Source of the DNA: Oculatellaceae cyanobacterium bins.114
GTDB lineage: Bacteria; Cyanobacteriota; Cyanobacteriia; Elainellales; Elainellaceae
NCBI GenBank assembly: GCA_033764315.1
Contig: JANRJA010000113.1
Coordinates: 1 to 43,523 of the forward strand
Length of the DNA: 43,523 nt
Direction of reading: 5' to 3'
Made by a program: the position numbers and the translations under genes. Below are positions 1 through 12,925 of this stretch, one piece after another (the stretch's first letter is position 1; every line of letters starts with the position of its first letter). The notes under the pieces are model-generated. The model saw only the letters and a list, made by a program, of their open reading frames with translations. It searched no databases and had not been told where the DNA came from.

Positions 1-80
1 TTCTCCGTAGTTCGCGAAGGCGAACTTCGCTCTGATAGCTGCGAATTTATTCGCTAGGCTCTTAAACCGAACTGACGTTA
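1..80. repeat. Dispersed MITE-like repeat, family A (truncated by window edge)
   Basis: Reverse complement (TAACGTCAGTTCGGTTTAAGAGCCTAGCGAATAAATTCGCAGCTATCAGAGCGAAGTTCGCC...) aligns along its length with 9054-9131 (TAACATCAGTTCGGTTTGAGCAGCCCAGCAAATAAATTCGCGGCTACCAAAGCGAAGTCCGC...). Confidence 0.8.
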
Positions 81-107
81 ACAAAAGCACCGTCTTGAGC
101 CAGTAAA

Positions 108-1217
108 TTAATTGCTCACGACTAAATTGTCTCGATGTACAACGGTTTCTGCCCCGACATAACCCAAAATCTTGGGAATCTCGTCGGAGTGGGCACCCAT
201 AATTTTTTGTAGTTCATGATTGCTATAGTTCACAATCCCTCTAGCAATCTCGTGTCCTGTGAGATCACACAGTTGCACCGCATCTTGGCTCTGAAATTCG
301 CCTTCTACTTCTTTAATTCCAGCGGCTAACAGCGATCGCCCCAGTTCAGTAATCGCTTTGACCGCTCCCTGATCGAGGTAGAGTTTGCCAGCAGGCACCA
401 AACCGTGAGCAATCCACCGCTTGCGGGCATTAAAGTGTTGCAGATCTGGCTCAAACTGAGTCCCCAACGGTTCACCTTGCAAAATCCGCTCGATATTTTG
501 GGGCGATCGCCCCTCCGTAATCACCGTGCGAACTCCCGCATGAGTCGCAATTTTAGCTGCCGCAATCTTTGTTACCATGCCCCCTGTGCCCCAATTGGAA
601 CCGCGATCGCCCACCTCAACCTGATCCTGCAAGGCGTCAATGCTATTGACCAGCGTAATCGGTTGAGCATCAGGGTTAGAGCGAGGATCGGCAGAATAGA
701 GGCGATCGACATCGGTCAACAAAAATAACCAATCGGCTTCGACCAAACTGGCGACTAGGGCAGAGAGAGTATCGTTGTCGCCAAATTTCAACTCCTCCAC
801 CGCCAGCGTATCGTTCTCATTCACAATGGGGATTACCCCCAGCTTGAGCAATTGTCGAAAGGTGCGATAGGCATTGACATAGCGGCTACGCTGCACCAAA
901 TCACTGCGGGTTAACAAGACCTGAGCGATCGGTTGTCCGAGGGTTGTAAACAGATCATCATAGACTCGCATTAACCGTCCTTGCCCAACCGCAGCAACCG
1001 CCTGTTTCATGGCGATCGAACGAGGTCGCTCCGTCATCCCCAGTCGAGCACAACCAACACCTACCGCTCCTGATGAGACCAGAATGACGTGATGCCCCTG
1101 CCGCTGTAAGTGGCTTAGGGTTTCTACCAGGGCCGCGATCGTCGAGAGTGCTAAATATCCGGTATCAGGATGGGTCAGACTGGATGTGCCGATTTTGATT
1201 ACTAACGTTTGAGTCAT
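108..1217 (-). CDS. proB: Glutamate 5-kinase
   Basis: [32 protein letters not shown] and GTGGMVTK motifs, plus a C-terminal PUA domain (LDQGA...VVHRDNL). Start moved to the ATG at 1217 (MTQTLVIK). Confidence 0.97.
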   Translation of the reverse strand: MTQTLVIKIGTSSLTHPDTGYLALSTIAALVETLSHLQRQGHHVILVSSGAVGVGCARLGMTERPRSIAMKQAVAAVGQGRLMRVYDDLFTTLGQPIAQVLLTRSDLVQRSRYVNAYRTFRQLLKLGVIPIVNENDTLAVEELKFGDNDTLSALVASLVEADWLFLLTDVDRLYSADPRSNPDAQPITLVNSIDALQDQVEVGDRGSNWGTGGMVTKIAAAKIATHAGVRTVITEGRSPQNIERILQGEPLGTQFEPDLQHFNARKRWIAHGLVPAGKLYLDQGAVKAITELGRSLLAAGIKEVEGEFQSQDAVQLCDLTGHEIARGIVNYSNHELQKIMGAHSDEIPKILGYVGAETVVHRDNLVVSN

Positions 1218-1248
1218 CGTGGCGGGTTGAGTACAGCATGTTAGAAGG

Positions 1249-1291
1249 GTCAATTGTCAATGATCAGTGGCTAGTGGTCAACCGTCATTGA
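1249..1291. repeat. Degenerate heptamer tandem repeat (STRR-like)
   Basis: Minus strand reads TGACGGT TGACCAC TAGCCAC TGATCAT TGACAAT TGACC, a 7-nt periodicity. Confidence 0.45.
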
Positions 1292-1440
1292 CATGATGTA
1301 CAACTTTTACCCGATGACCAACGCCAAGCTATCAAAGTCAAATCTATGATCGGCTGTGTGTTGCCGAATGTCTTAGGGCGACCTTTAGGCGATTAAGGGA
1401 ATACCCCAGTTCCTATTCTTCGTTCCCCTTTTACCCTCTG

Positions 1441-1542
1441 AAAATTGTAAAGCGTCAACTCCCTATTTGTGGGAACCGACGCTCTACATAGTATTCACAG
1501 AGATTTATCAACTAGGGTCTTTATAAGGTGTGACCCCATTTA
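1441..1542 (-). ncRNA. Candidate small RNA with intrinsic terminator
   Basis: Minus strand has a 5' hairpin GGGTC-N12-GACCC, a single-stranded middle, then a 13-bp stem AGCGTCGGTTCCC/GGGAGTTGACGCT followed by TTACAATTTT. The stem is fully paired only on this strand (via G-U pairs). No long ORF in the region. Confidence 0.4.
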
Positions 1543-1730
1543 TCTATTTAATAGCTTCTCAGAAATATTGAGAATTCCTACCCCGCTTAATGTTTTCTTT
1601 AGATTGTTAACTGAATGTCTCCTGAGTTGAGGATTCGTTGTGAATTGTTAAGCTCTGTAAAACGCTCACCGATCAAACCGTGTCTAGAGTTTCCAGTCCA
1701 CTCACAACAAATTTGACGCTCAGCAGATGA

Positions 1731-2255
1731 CTAATCTCGTCTAGAGGTGAGTGAAGCCCCCAACACTTGCGACAACCATACTTCAACAGTGCGAATGGGA
1801 TGGCGTTGGGCAAGTTTGGCCGGGTTGACCATCGGCTCAACCAAAATGGTAAACATGCCGAGACGGTTTCCAGCTAAGACATCTGTAAAGAGGCGATCGC
1901 CCACCATAGCTACCTGTTCGACTGGAATGTTCATCGCGGTAACGGCTTGTCTTAATTTGCGACGAGAGGGTTTTTGGGCACCCAAAATATACGGTAGATT
2001 CAACGATTCAGCAATACGGCTAATCCGGTTTTGACTGATGTTGTTGCTGACTAACCACAACTCCATACTGGGTCTGAGATCTAAGACCCACTGCTTCAAC
2101 TCGTCGGAGGCTTGCATAGCACTCATGGGCACCAGGGTTTCGTCCACATCCAAGACCAGTCCTTTGAGGTTATGTTTTTGCAAAACATCCAGGGTCAAAC
2201 TCAAGATTGAGTCTCCCAAAATCAAATCAGGCTCTAAGAGTTTGCCCCACGACAT
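1731..2255 (-). CDS. yqeG: YqeG-family HAD IIIA phosphatase
   Basis: LVLDVDETL (HAD motif I), LVSNN, KP and MVGDRLFTDVLAGNRLG motifs. Start taken at ATG 2255. Confidence 0.92.
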   Translation of the reverse strand: MSWGKLLEPDLILGDSILSLTLDVLQKHNLKGLVLDVDETLVPMSAMQASDELKQWVLDLRPSMELWLVSNNISQNRISRIAESLNLPYILGAQKPSRRKLRQAVTAMNIPVEQVAMVGDRLFTDVLAGNRLGMFTILVEPMVNPAKLAQRHPIRTVEVWLSQVLGASLTSRRD

Positions 2256-2313
2256 ATCAATCAAAAATTCCGGGATGAATGAAGGACTAGATTGAACACG
2301 AGTAGACTGGAAA

Positions 2314-3411
2314 CTATTGGACTGAGTTAGACGGTGCTTCAGGCTGCTGCTCTAAACCATCTCGAATTTGAGCTTGAGCGGCTTCATGTTCTGACAGGGT
2401 GCGGCTAAACACGTGAGTCCCATCATAACGAGCTACAAAGTAAAGATAGTCGGTGTCTGCTGGATTAATCGACACCTCTAGACTAGCAAGACCTGGGCTG
2501 GCGATCGGTCCTGGTGGCAACCCTGCATTGATGTAAGTGTTATACGGAGATGGTGTATTCACCTGGTCAAAGGTTAACGGTTGATCGGGGGTTTGTCGAA
2601 TCCCAAAAGCATATTCAACCGTGGGGTCTGCCCCTAAAGGAATTCCCTCGCGCAATCGCTTGGCAAACACACTGGCGATCAAGGGGCGTTCTTCATTAAT
2701 AACTGCTTCTCTCTCAACGATACTTGCCAGAGTGACCCATTCCAACAGGGAATAAGGGCTGCTACTTTGATTGCTTTGATAGATGGGCAACGCAGCTTGC
2801 TGAAAGCGATCTAGCATCTGGTTGATGACCGCTTCTGGGGTTGAGATTTCTGCCACTTGATAGGTATCGGGATAAAGAAACCCCTCCAGATTAGCAATGT
2901 CTTGTGGCAACCAGGGGTAGCGATCATGCGGAATTTGTTGAGCCGCCGCTAAAAAAGCTTCGGCAGTAAAAAAACCTTGTTCTTGAAAGTAGTCTGCGAT
3001 CTGCTGCATGCCCCACCCTTCAGGGATGGTGAAACTCTGCTCGATGACCGCGCCTTGCCAGATGGTAGTAGCGATCGCCGCGAGTGGATCAGTTGGAGAA
3101 AGCTCATAGGTTCCAGCTTGAAACCCTCCTTGGCGATCGCGCAATGATTGCCAACGAGTCCACAAATCCCAAGCTTCAGCAGATTGAATGAGACCAGCCG
3201 CCTCTAGATCTTCGCCAATTTGCTGAGCGGAGGTGCCAGCTGGGATCTCAATTTGAATGCGTTGATCGGTCGTTTCAGGCATTTCGGACACTGCCATTGC
3301 AGGCGAGCTTGCCCAACTCCACCATTGCCAACCTTGCCAACCACACAAGCCCAAGGTTGCAGGCAGTAAAAGTAGGTAAAAAAACCACTTAGACATGTCT
3401 GGAGCTGTCAT
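2314..3411 (-). CDS. mltG: Endolytic transglycosylase MltG (YceG family)
   Basis: N-terminal TM helix, TIPEG, LEGFLYPDTY, LASIVERE, ADPTVEY, SPYNTY and GLPPGPIASPG motifs. Start uncertain (3411 or 3396). Confidence 0.95.
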   Translation of the reverse strand: MTAPDMSKWFFYLLLLPATLGLCGWQGWQWWSWASSPAMAVSEMPETTDQRIQIEIPAGTSAQQIGEDLEAAGLIQSAEAWDLWTRWQSLRDRQGGFQAGTYELSPTDPLAAIATTIWQGAVIEQSFTIPEGWGMQQIADYFQEQGFFTAEAFLAAAQQIPHDRYPWLPQDIANLEGFLYPDTYQVAEISTPEAVINQMLDRFQQAALPIYQSNQSSSPYSLLEWVTLASIVEREAVINEERPLIASVFAKRLREGIPLGADPTVEYAFGIRQTPDQPLTFDQVNTPSPYNTYINAGLPPGPIASPGLASLEVSINPADTDYLYFVARYDGTHVFSRTLSEHEAAQAQIRDGLEQQPEAPSNSVQ

Positions 3412-3485
3412 GTGACGAGCAGGAAACAACTAAAACGCCTCAGAAGGCTGAGGCGATGGGTCATAAACGATATGAGAGGTTAGAC

Positions 3486-4079
3486 CTATTCCAACTCACT
3501 GAATAATTGGTCTTCTAGTTGCGATCGCACCGCTTGAAACTCTTCAGGTGAGAGTAGCTCTGGTTGACCATCTCCATTAGCGCGGGCAAAGAACAGAATC
3601 GGCTCCAGTGGAGTACAAATGGCATACTCCTGTTCTTCATAAAAGAAGTTGGCCAGGAGTTGAAATTCTTCTGAACCGACGAGCGATTCATCTTCCCCTA
3701 AATCAAGGGTAATGGTGTCTTCTTCGGTCGGCTCAGGGAGCGTACCAGTAACGGTTAGGGTCAAAGCTGCCCGGTTGAGGGTGAGATCCTGTTCCGCTAA
3801 CACTGCCCGTGCCGTACTGAAGATGTCATCAATCTCATCATCTTCAATATCGACCAGGGTTTCCTCATCTTCATCTTCGTCGTCCGCTTCCCAGGCAAAG
3901 ATCTCAATAGGGGCATCCACAGGACGAAGCAACAAATATTCTTCACCCTCAACTTCCATTGAGTTCTCGATATAACAGAGGAGCGATCGCCCTGCTTCGT
4001 CTGAGAGACTGACGGTTGGCAAATCCTCTTCGCCTTCTCCCATTCCTGGATCTTCTTCATCCATGTTTTGCTTTGTCAT
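3486..4079 (-). CDS. DUF3727-family acidic protein
   Basis: Very acidic protein with LSDEAGRSLLCYIE, LLRPVD, ARAVLAEQDLTL and YAICTPLEP. Sits in the usual position upstream of cyanobacterial mltG; GAGG RBS upstream. Confidence 0.8.
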   Translation of the reverse strand: MTKQNMDEEDPGMGEGEEDLPTVSLSDEAGRSLLCYIENSMEVEGEEYLLLRPVDAPIEIFAWEADDEDEDEETLVDIEDDEIDDIFSTARAVLAEQDLTLNRAALTLTVTGTLPEPTEEDTITLDLGEDESLVGSEEFQLLANFFYEEQEYAICTPLEPILFFARANGDGQPELLSPEEFQAVRSQLEDQLFSELE

Positions 4080-5307
4080 GTATTTACCTCTGCATCCCGT
4101 TTAGAGCGTCATCTTGGAGTTTGTCGGAACCGTGTTGACAGAATGGTTAGAAATTGCTGATTAATAAACCTGTCTTTTTAAGGTGTTCAACGTATCAAAA
4201 AGTGCCGTGCAGCAATGTTCATAGTAACTTTACACCAATGACTGCTCCATATTTCTCAAAATCTACCCTATAAGAAAATTTACCGCATGAGTTGAACCTA
4301 ATTACTTTTAAACCTGTTCCGTCTCCTTGAAAAACTGACCCTTCAAATTTGATAAGGTGCTCAATCAACTCCCCAAAAGCGTCCCCCTTACGTCGTAAAT
4401 TGCATCACTTCAGCTCAATAGATGTTCCCTACAAGTCCTTATTCCCAGCCAATCATTTCACTTCAAACCTCAAAATTCTTGCTCTGTTAGGAGCAAGACT
4501 CTGAAGAGTCACATGTCGGGGTCACAAAATTGTGCATCTAGAAAAACAGCCAGATGCCCCTAGAGAAGGGTTGAGAAGTACAAAAACAAAGGCCGCCTTC
4601 AAGCCTGTCAGGGCTTTCCATAACCCGCGGAGACAGGAGCCGCTACTTTAGTCGCCAATGTCACTGAATCTAGACCGTGAAGACATCCTCTTAACTGTTT
4701 AGCTGTCAATAACACCAACTGCCCCCTCAATTGGGTTCCATCTGGGTACGTCACCCAAAAAAAGTAGATGTTATGAAATACACACCTTAACCCGATGTGC
4801 GACTATTCCAGATCCCCGGTTTTTAGGAACGTAACGAGGCACCTTTTAATCAGCTTCAACGAGAAACCGAGGATCTAAACGCCTAAATTGCACATCGTGT
4901 TTTCTTTAATTAATTGAGAGAATAAGAGATCAGCCCAATCCTCAACGCTTCCTAACCCTGTATTGCCCATTTAATGAGCCATGCAGATTTGAAAATTCAG
5001 TTTTTTGTGATGCCAAAGCCTTGAGCGTAACAAAACTTATACTTTTTCTCAGGGTTTGACAGTCTATCCCTTACGATTATCTGGGAAACTCATAGAAGGT
5101 TGACTCCACGCTCTTTAACAATCAGCGTGAGATGACCTAAACGTTTTAATCTAAAAGTTGAGCTGTTTGACCCCAGGCAGTCGTTTTGGTGAATCCTCCG
5201 TGGGCAACCACTTGACCCTCCAGAACGGTTTATAAAGATTTACCTAATGACAGCCCAAGATGGTCTAAATAATCACTGAGGCAATTGTTAACTAAGGGAG
5301 CTTTTGA

Positions 5308-8601
<3,294 letters not shown>

Positions 8602-8660
8602 CGTCAACCCTTAACTGGGTATATGTGGAGCATCTTGCTCTAACGACGGTATGAATCTTC

Positions 8661-8688
8661 GTAAGGGCGTTTCACGAAACGCCCTTAC
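8661..8688. repeat. REP-like palindrome (family B core)
   Basis: Perfect inverted repeat GTAAGGGCGTTTC-AC-GAAACGCCCTTAC; related cores at 20363-20390 and 41644-41671. Confidence 0.8.
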
Positions 8689-8747
8689 CTAGCTATCTAC
8701 CCCGATCAAAAATGAAATTGGTGTAAGAACTACCCCAAAATGATCTC

Positions 8748-8786
8748 AAAGCTGAAGTTTTTCCTCAAGAGAAGCTTCAGCTTTTT
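8748..8786 (+). terminator. Intrinsic terminator after apcE
   Basis: AAAGCTGAAG...CTTCAGCTTTTT stem with T tract. Confidence 0.7.
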
Positions 8787-8835
8787 ATATCACTACGTCT
8801 TCACAAAATTGGATGTTTTATAGCTATTGTCTTGA

Positions 8836-8955
8836 TGTAGCTGTAGCCAGCTAACTTAGAACATAGAGGGTGAACATAGGGGGTGTGGGGGCGGTGCCCC
8901 CAGCCAGGGGTTCCACCCCTGCACCCCGTCCCTAACCTGAATGACTACGGCTATA
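8836..8955. mobile_element. MITE family C (TATAGC...GCTATA ends), copy 1
   Basis: Near-identical inverted copy of 20138-20243, sharing the core CAGCCAGGGGTTCCACCCCTGCACCCCGTCC and the end TAACCTGAATGACTACGGCTATA. Confidence 0.85.
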
Positions 8956-8993
8956 GTTGCTATAGAAACGGTATGAGTGTTTTCTGCCTTAAT

Positions 8994-9023
8994 AAAAATC
9001 CCTAGTTTGCTGGAACCAGGGAC
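8994..9023 (-). terminator. Intrinsic terminator after aas-ylqD
   Basis: Minus strand GTCCCTGGTT-CCAGCA-AACTAGGGAT followed by a T tract. Confidence 0.6.
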
Positions 9024-9053
9024 TTTACTCATACCAATCTAATGAACCCTAAT

Positions 9054-9131
9054 TAACATCAGTTCGGTTTGAGCAGCCCAGCAAATAAATTCGCGGCTAC
9101 CAAAGCGAAGTCCGCTGTCGCAAACTACCAA
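9054..9131. repeat. Dispersed MITE-like repeat, family A, copy 2
   Basis: Homologous (inverted) to positions 1-80; right end uncertain, possibly extending to about 9165. Confidence 0.75.
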
Positions 9132-9190
9132 AATCAAAGGTTTACTGAACCGGTCATGCCGTCATAGTTGTTAATGGGTTGAACTTTTGA

Positions 9191-9640
9191 TCAAAGCTCT
9201 CCCCGAATTTCCTGAACAATGCCATCTTTCAACAAGACTTCAACTTGCATCTTACGAATGAGGTTGTCGCCTGTCTCAATGCGAAAAAACCCTTCAATTT
9301 GACCCTGACCCACTTCTTGATTCATCTCTAACAGTTGAACTTGTTGCAACTGTTGTAAGATTTGGTTTTTCTGTTCTAGAATCTCGCTTTTCTTTTGATT
9401 GACCTGAACTTGAATGTTGGTGATCTGTTGAGCGATCGCCGGGTTGGTAGGGGCATCGGCTTGCTTTTGAACTTCAGCCGACATCCGCTGACCTTGTGCT
9501 TCGAGTTGCTGGAGTTGGTTGTCCAGTTGGTTGATTTGGTTCTGAAGCTGTTGTTGGACTTCCTCTTTCCAGCGAGGAGTAACAACAACTTTAATGTTGA
9601 CGGCTCGTTTTAAGAGCAAATGAGATTTGGAAGCATCCAT
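9191..9640 (-). CDS. YlqD-family coiled-coil protein
   Basis: LLLKRAVNIKVVVTPRWKEE start, Q-rich coiled coil, and QGQIEGFFRIETGDNL...VEVLLKDGIVQEIR end; lies directly downstream of aas. Confidence 0.85.
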   Translation of the reverse strand: MDASKSHLLLKRAVNIKVVVTPRWKEEVQQQLQNQINQLDNQLQQLEAQGQRMSAEVQKQADAPTNPAIAQQITNIQVQVNQKKSEILEQKNQILQQLQQVQLLEMNQEVGQGQIEGFFRIETGDNLIRKMQVEVLLKDGIVQEIRGEL

Positions 9641-9664
9641 GAGCGATGATAAATACGGGTGCGT

Positions 9665-11614
9665 TTAAGCAAACATGTCGTCGATCATACCGCGATAGCG
9701 TTCCGTCACAACGGCTCGACGAATTTTTAGCGTCTGAGTGAGTAATCCGTTATCAATGGTGAACGCCTCTGAGAGCAAGCGAAAAGGGCCAATGCGATCG
9801 TCAGCTCGATAGCCCGGTCGATTTTTGACCTCACGAGTCAGTTCTTGCCGATATAACTCTTGAATGGCAGCGTTTTGAAGATCAACGTTGCCATCGGGCA
9901 AGAGCGGCACACTCTGAGTTTGTGCCCATTGAGATAGGGCTTCTAGATTAGGAACAATGAGTGCACCAAGCGATCGCTGATCTTGCCCCACCAACATAAT
10001 TTGATCTACATAGGGACTCCGCAAACAGGCATCTTCAATCGGCTGGGGTTCAATATTTTCACCATTGGTCAAGACGATCGTGTCTTTAGCCCGTCCGGTA
10101 ATGATCAAGTCATCCTGAACCGTAACCCAACCCAGATCTCCGGTATCAAACCAGCCTTCAGGATCGATTGCCTTGGCTGTTGCCTGTGGGTTTTTGTAAT
10201 ATCCCTGCATTACCTGCCGTCCGCGAATCAATACCAGCCCTTGTTTGCCTATTGGTACAGGTTTACGAGTTTCTAGATCGACAATGCGTGTTTCGGTGTG
10301 CGGTAGAGGTTGACCATCGCCCCCGCGCAAGTTACGGTCAGGACGCCGCACATGGGTAATGGGAGAGGTTTCGGTTAAGCCATATCCACCCAAAATGGGA
10401 ATACCAACTGCTTCAAAAAAGTCTTCGAGGTGTTCTGCGATCGACCCCCCACCACTGACCACATACTTAATCGCTCCTCCGGTTCCCTCACGCACCTTGC
10501 GGTAAACCAGGCGATCGCCCAACTGATGAATTGGCCATAGTGCTGCCATCTGTGCCGCCGCAACAGCTCGCTCCAGCGGGGATGGATTGAGCTTTTCTAG
10601 ACTGAGTCCCTGAACAATGCGACGTGCTTGAACGTAGCGCAAACTCTGACCCAAGAAGAACTCAACCAACTTTTGTTGTTTAGTGGGCTGATCTCGAAAC
10701 TGCTTTTGCACCCCTTCATAAATCGACTCCCACAGGCGAGGCACCCCCACCATGTATTGGGGATGAAACTCTTTCAAGTCTTTTTTGACGTGGCGAATGT
10801 TGGTATAAATTTGTGTGCCCCCGTGGGCAAAGACAAAATATTCAAACGTGCGCTCATAGCAGTGCCAGATGGGGAGAATGCTAAGAACGCGATCGCCCGG
10901 AGTCACTTTGACGACTGCCGCGGCTCCAGCAATTTGCGACAACAGGTTGCTGTGGTTGAGCATTACCCCTTTAGGTTTACCAGAGGTGCCAGAGGTATAC
11001 ATCAGAGTCGCCAGAGCATCGCGGTGTCGATGGGCCGGTTGGAGGGTGTGAGTTGCGCCCAGTTCTAACACCTGATGAAAGGTTAAGGTCTTTAAGGAGT
11101 CAGAGGTTTCGACAGACTCATCCGACAACACAATCACCAGGCGAATCGGTAGAGCCGATAATTGGGCAGCCATTTTTTTAAGGGTGGCTTTGTCTTGCAC
11201 CACCAAAGCAATGCTGTCACTGTCTGCCAAGATAAACAGCAGTTCCTCTGCATCGGCTTGAGATCCCCGCACTACATCGATCGCCCCAACGGTCATAATC
11301 CCCTGATCCGCAATTAACCAACGAGGACCGTTATCGGAAATTAAGGCAACGTGTTCATTGGGTTGAATGCCTAATGCCTGCAACCCACTGGCAAACTGTT
11401 GAATCTGCTGATAGACCTCAGCATAGGTCAACTGAATTTCGGGTGTGACATGCGGATCATGCAACGCAACAATCTGAGCCGTTGTTGGTGAGTTTGCCAA
11501 CAGTGCCCACAACTCAGAAATCGCTTGCACTTGGTCGTAAGCGATCGCCCCATTTGGTGTTGTGCGATCGCTAGGTTGAGCAACCGAAGCATTGGGAGAA
11601 ACCGAGCGAACCAT
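9665..11614 (-). CDS. aas: Long-chain acyl-ACP/acyl-CoA synthetase (AMP-binding)
   Basis: YTSGTSGKPKGV, GYGLTETSP, GWFDTGDLG, GRAKDTIVLTNGENIEP and TQTLKIRR motifs. Start taken at ATG 11614. Confidence 0.9.
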   Translation of the reverse strand: MVRSVSPNASVAQPSDRTTPNGAIAYDQVQAISELWALLANSPTTAQIVALHDPHVTPEIQLTYAEVYQQIQQFASGLQALGIQPNEHVALISDNGPRWLIADQGIMTVGAIDVVRGSQADAEELLFILADSDSIALVVQDKATLKKMAAQLSALPIRLVIVLSDESVETSDSLKTLTFHQVLELGATHTLQPAHRHRDALATLMYTSGTSGKPKGVMLNHSNLLSQIAGAAAVVKVTPGDRVLSILPIWHCYERTFEYFVFAHGGTQIYTNIRHVKKDLKEFHPQYMVGVPRLWESIYEGVQKQFRDQPTKQQKLVEFFLGQSLRYVQARRIVQGLSLEKLNPSPLERAVAAAQMAALWPIHQLGDRLVYRKVREGTGGAIKYVVSGGGSIAEHLEDFFEAVGIPILGGYGLTETSPITHVRRPDRNLRGGDGQPLPHTETRIVDLETRKPVPIGKQGLVLIRGRQVMQGYYKNPQATAKAIDPEGWFDTGDLGWVTVQDDLIITGRAKDTIVLTNGENIEPQPIEDACLRSPYVDQIMLVGQDQRSLGALIVPNLEALSQWAQTQSVPLLPDGNVDLQNAAIQELYRQELTREVKNRPGYRADDRIGPFRLLSEAFTIDNGLLTQTLKIRRAVVTERYRGMIDDMFA

Positions 11615-11739
11615 AGATTTTAGAATGAAATTGTGAGGGGTTATGTTTAATACCCTACTGCTTAGAGCGTTAAAATAGGCACTGTTTGGGGACAGAAAGC
11701 AATCTGTCTGTCTCAATCAACCTACAACAAGAGGTATCC

Positions 11740-12024
11740 ATGCCAAAAGCAATCTGGAACGGCGTTGTTTTAGCCGAAAGTGATCAGTGTGAAGTCGTTG
11801 AGGGCAATCAATATTTTCCTCCAGATTCCATTCACTCTGAATACTTCAAACCCAGCGACACCCATAGCACCTGTCCTTGGAAAGGAGTCGCTAGCTATTA
11901 CAGTGTTGAAGTCAATGGACAAGTTAACAAAGATGCAGCCTGGTATTATCCCACTCCAAAAGATGCGGCCAAAAATATCACAGGCTATATTGCTTTTTGG
12001 CGGGGAGTCAAAGTCGAAGCTTAA
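11740..12024 (+). CDS. DUF427 domain protein
   Basis: KAIWNGVVLAES, VEGNQYFP, CPWKGVASYY and AAWYYPTPK motifs; GAGG RBS before ATG 11740. Confidence 0.93.
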   Translation: MPKAIWNGVVLAESDQCEVVEGNQYFPPDSIHSEYFKPSDTHSTCPWKGVASYYSVEVNGQVNKDAAWYYPTPKDAAKNITGYIAFWRGVKVEA

Positions 12025-12307
12025 GCCTTGAAATAAGCCTTTGCTATTGACCACAGATCTCTGACATAGTCACCTGTCAAGTTGATCCCAAAGAGTGGGC
12101 ATACTTTTCAGCAGCTATGCTAGGATTATGTGTTTGCAATAGAGTTTGTGTCTGCAAGCTCGCTTGCAACAGATTGTTGTCATAATGTTGCTTGCAACAG
12201 GGCTGCGATCGCTTTGTGACATCCCCCGTTTATTCCGGATTAGACCTAACTCCGAGAGGAATGAGGTCACAGTCTGATAAAATCTCTGCTGAATCAATCC
12301 CATCCCT

Positions 12308-12925
12308 GTGAGGGTAATGCAACTGAATCAACCACCCGCTCCTTCCACTCCTGTTTTGCTAGAAACCCTGCCAGACCCCGGCTTTCCAGATGAGGTTTGT
12401 CCTCGTCGGGCACGGTTGCAGCTTGACCTACTGCTATTGGCAATCGAAGCTTTAGATTTGGGTGGCTCTGAAGCGTTGCTAGTCGTCGCCAAAGACTTAC
12501 AACTACAGGAAATTATCAAAAACCGCGTCACCCTGTGGCAACTCAGAAGCAGTAACCCTCTCAGACGCAGTAGCAGTCAGCGGCGGGTTTTGACCCAGAC
12601 TGAAGCCAAAGCCTTGGTCATTCTGGTCTGTCACCTCTCCCGTCGCCTAACGGTTCTTATTCGACAATTGTTGCTGGCTTATGACAAGCTCAACGAAAAG
12701 CAGCTTTCTCCCGAACATCACTATCGTTTAGCTGACTATCTAGAGCGATTTCGGGCGCATTTTCGGGCACGTATGAACCCCAAAAGAGCGGCTGTTATGA
12801 CCTATAACACAAATGAAAAGCTAGATCAGTTAGCTCTCACCCTGTTGGGGCAATTGCTGTTTTGCACAGGCACTTCCGGTTCGCAGCGTCTCTGGATTAG
12901 TTTGTTTGATGGAGAAGTGGCATGA
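12308..12925 (+). CDS. DUF3038-family protein
   Basis: LDLLLLAIEALDL, NRVTLWQLRSSNPLR and LLFCTGTSGSQRLWISLFDGEV motifs; 4-nt ATGA overlap with the next gene. Confidence 0.85.
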   Translation: MRVMQLNQPPAPSTPVLLETLPDPGFPDEVCPRRARLQLDLLLLAIEALDLGGSEALLVVAKDLQLQEIIKNRVTLWQLRSSNPLRRSSSQRRVLTQTEAKALVILVCHLSRRLTVLIRQLLLAYDKLNEKQLSPEHHYRLADYLERFRAHFRARMNPKRAAVMTYNTNEKLDQLALTLLGQLLFCTGTSGSQRLWISLFDGEVA

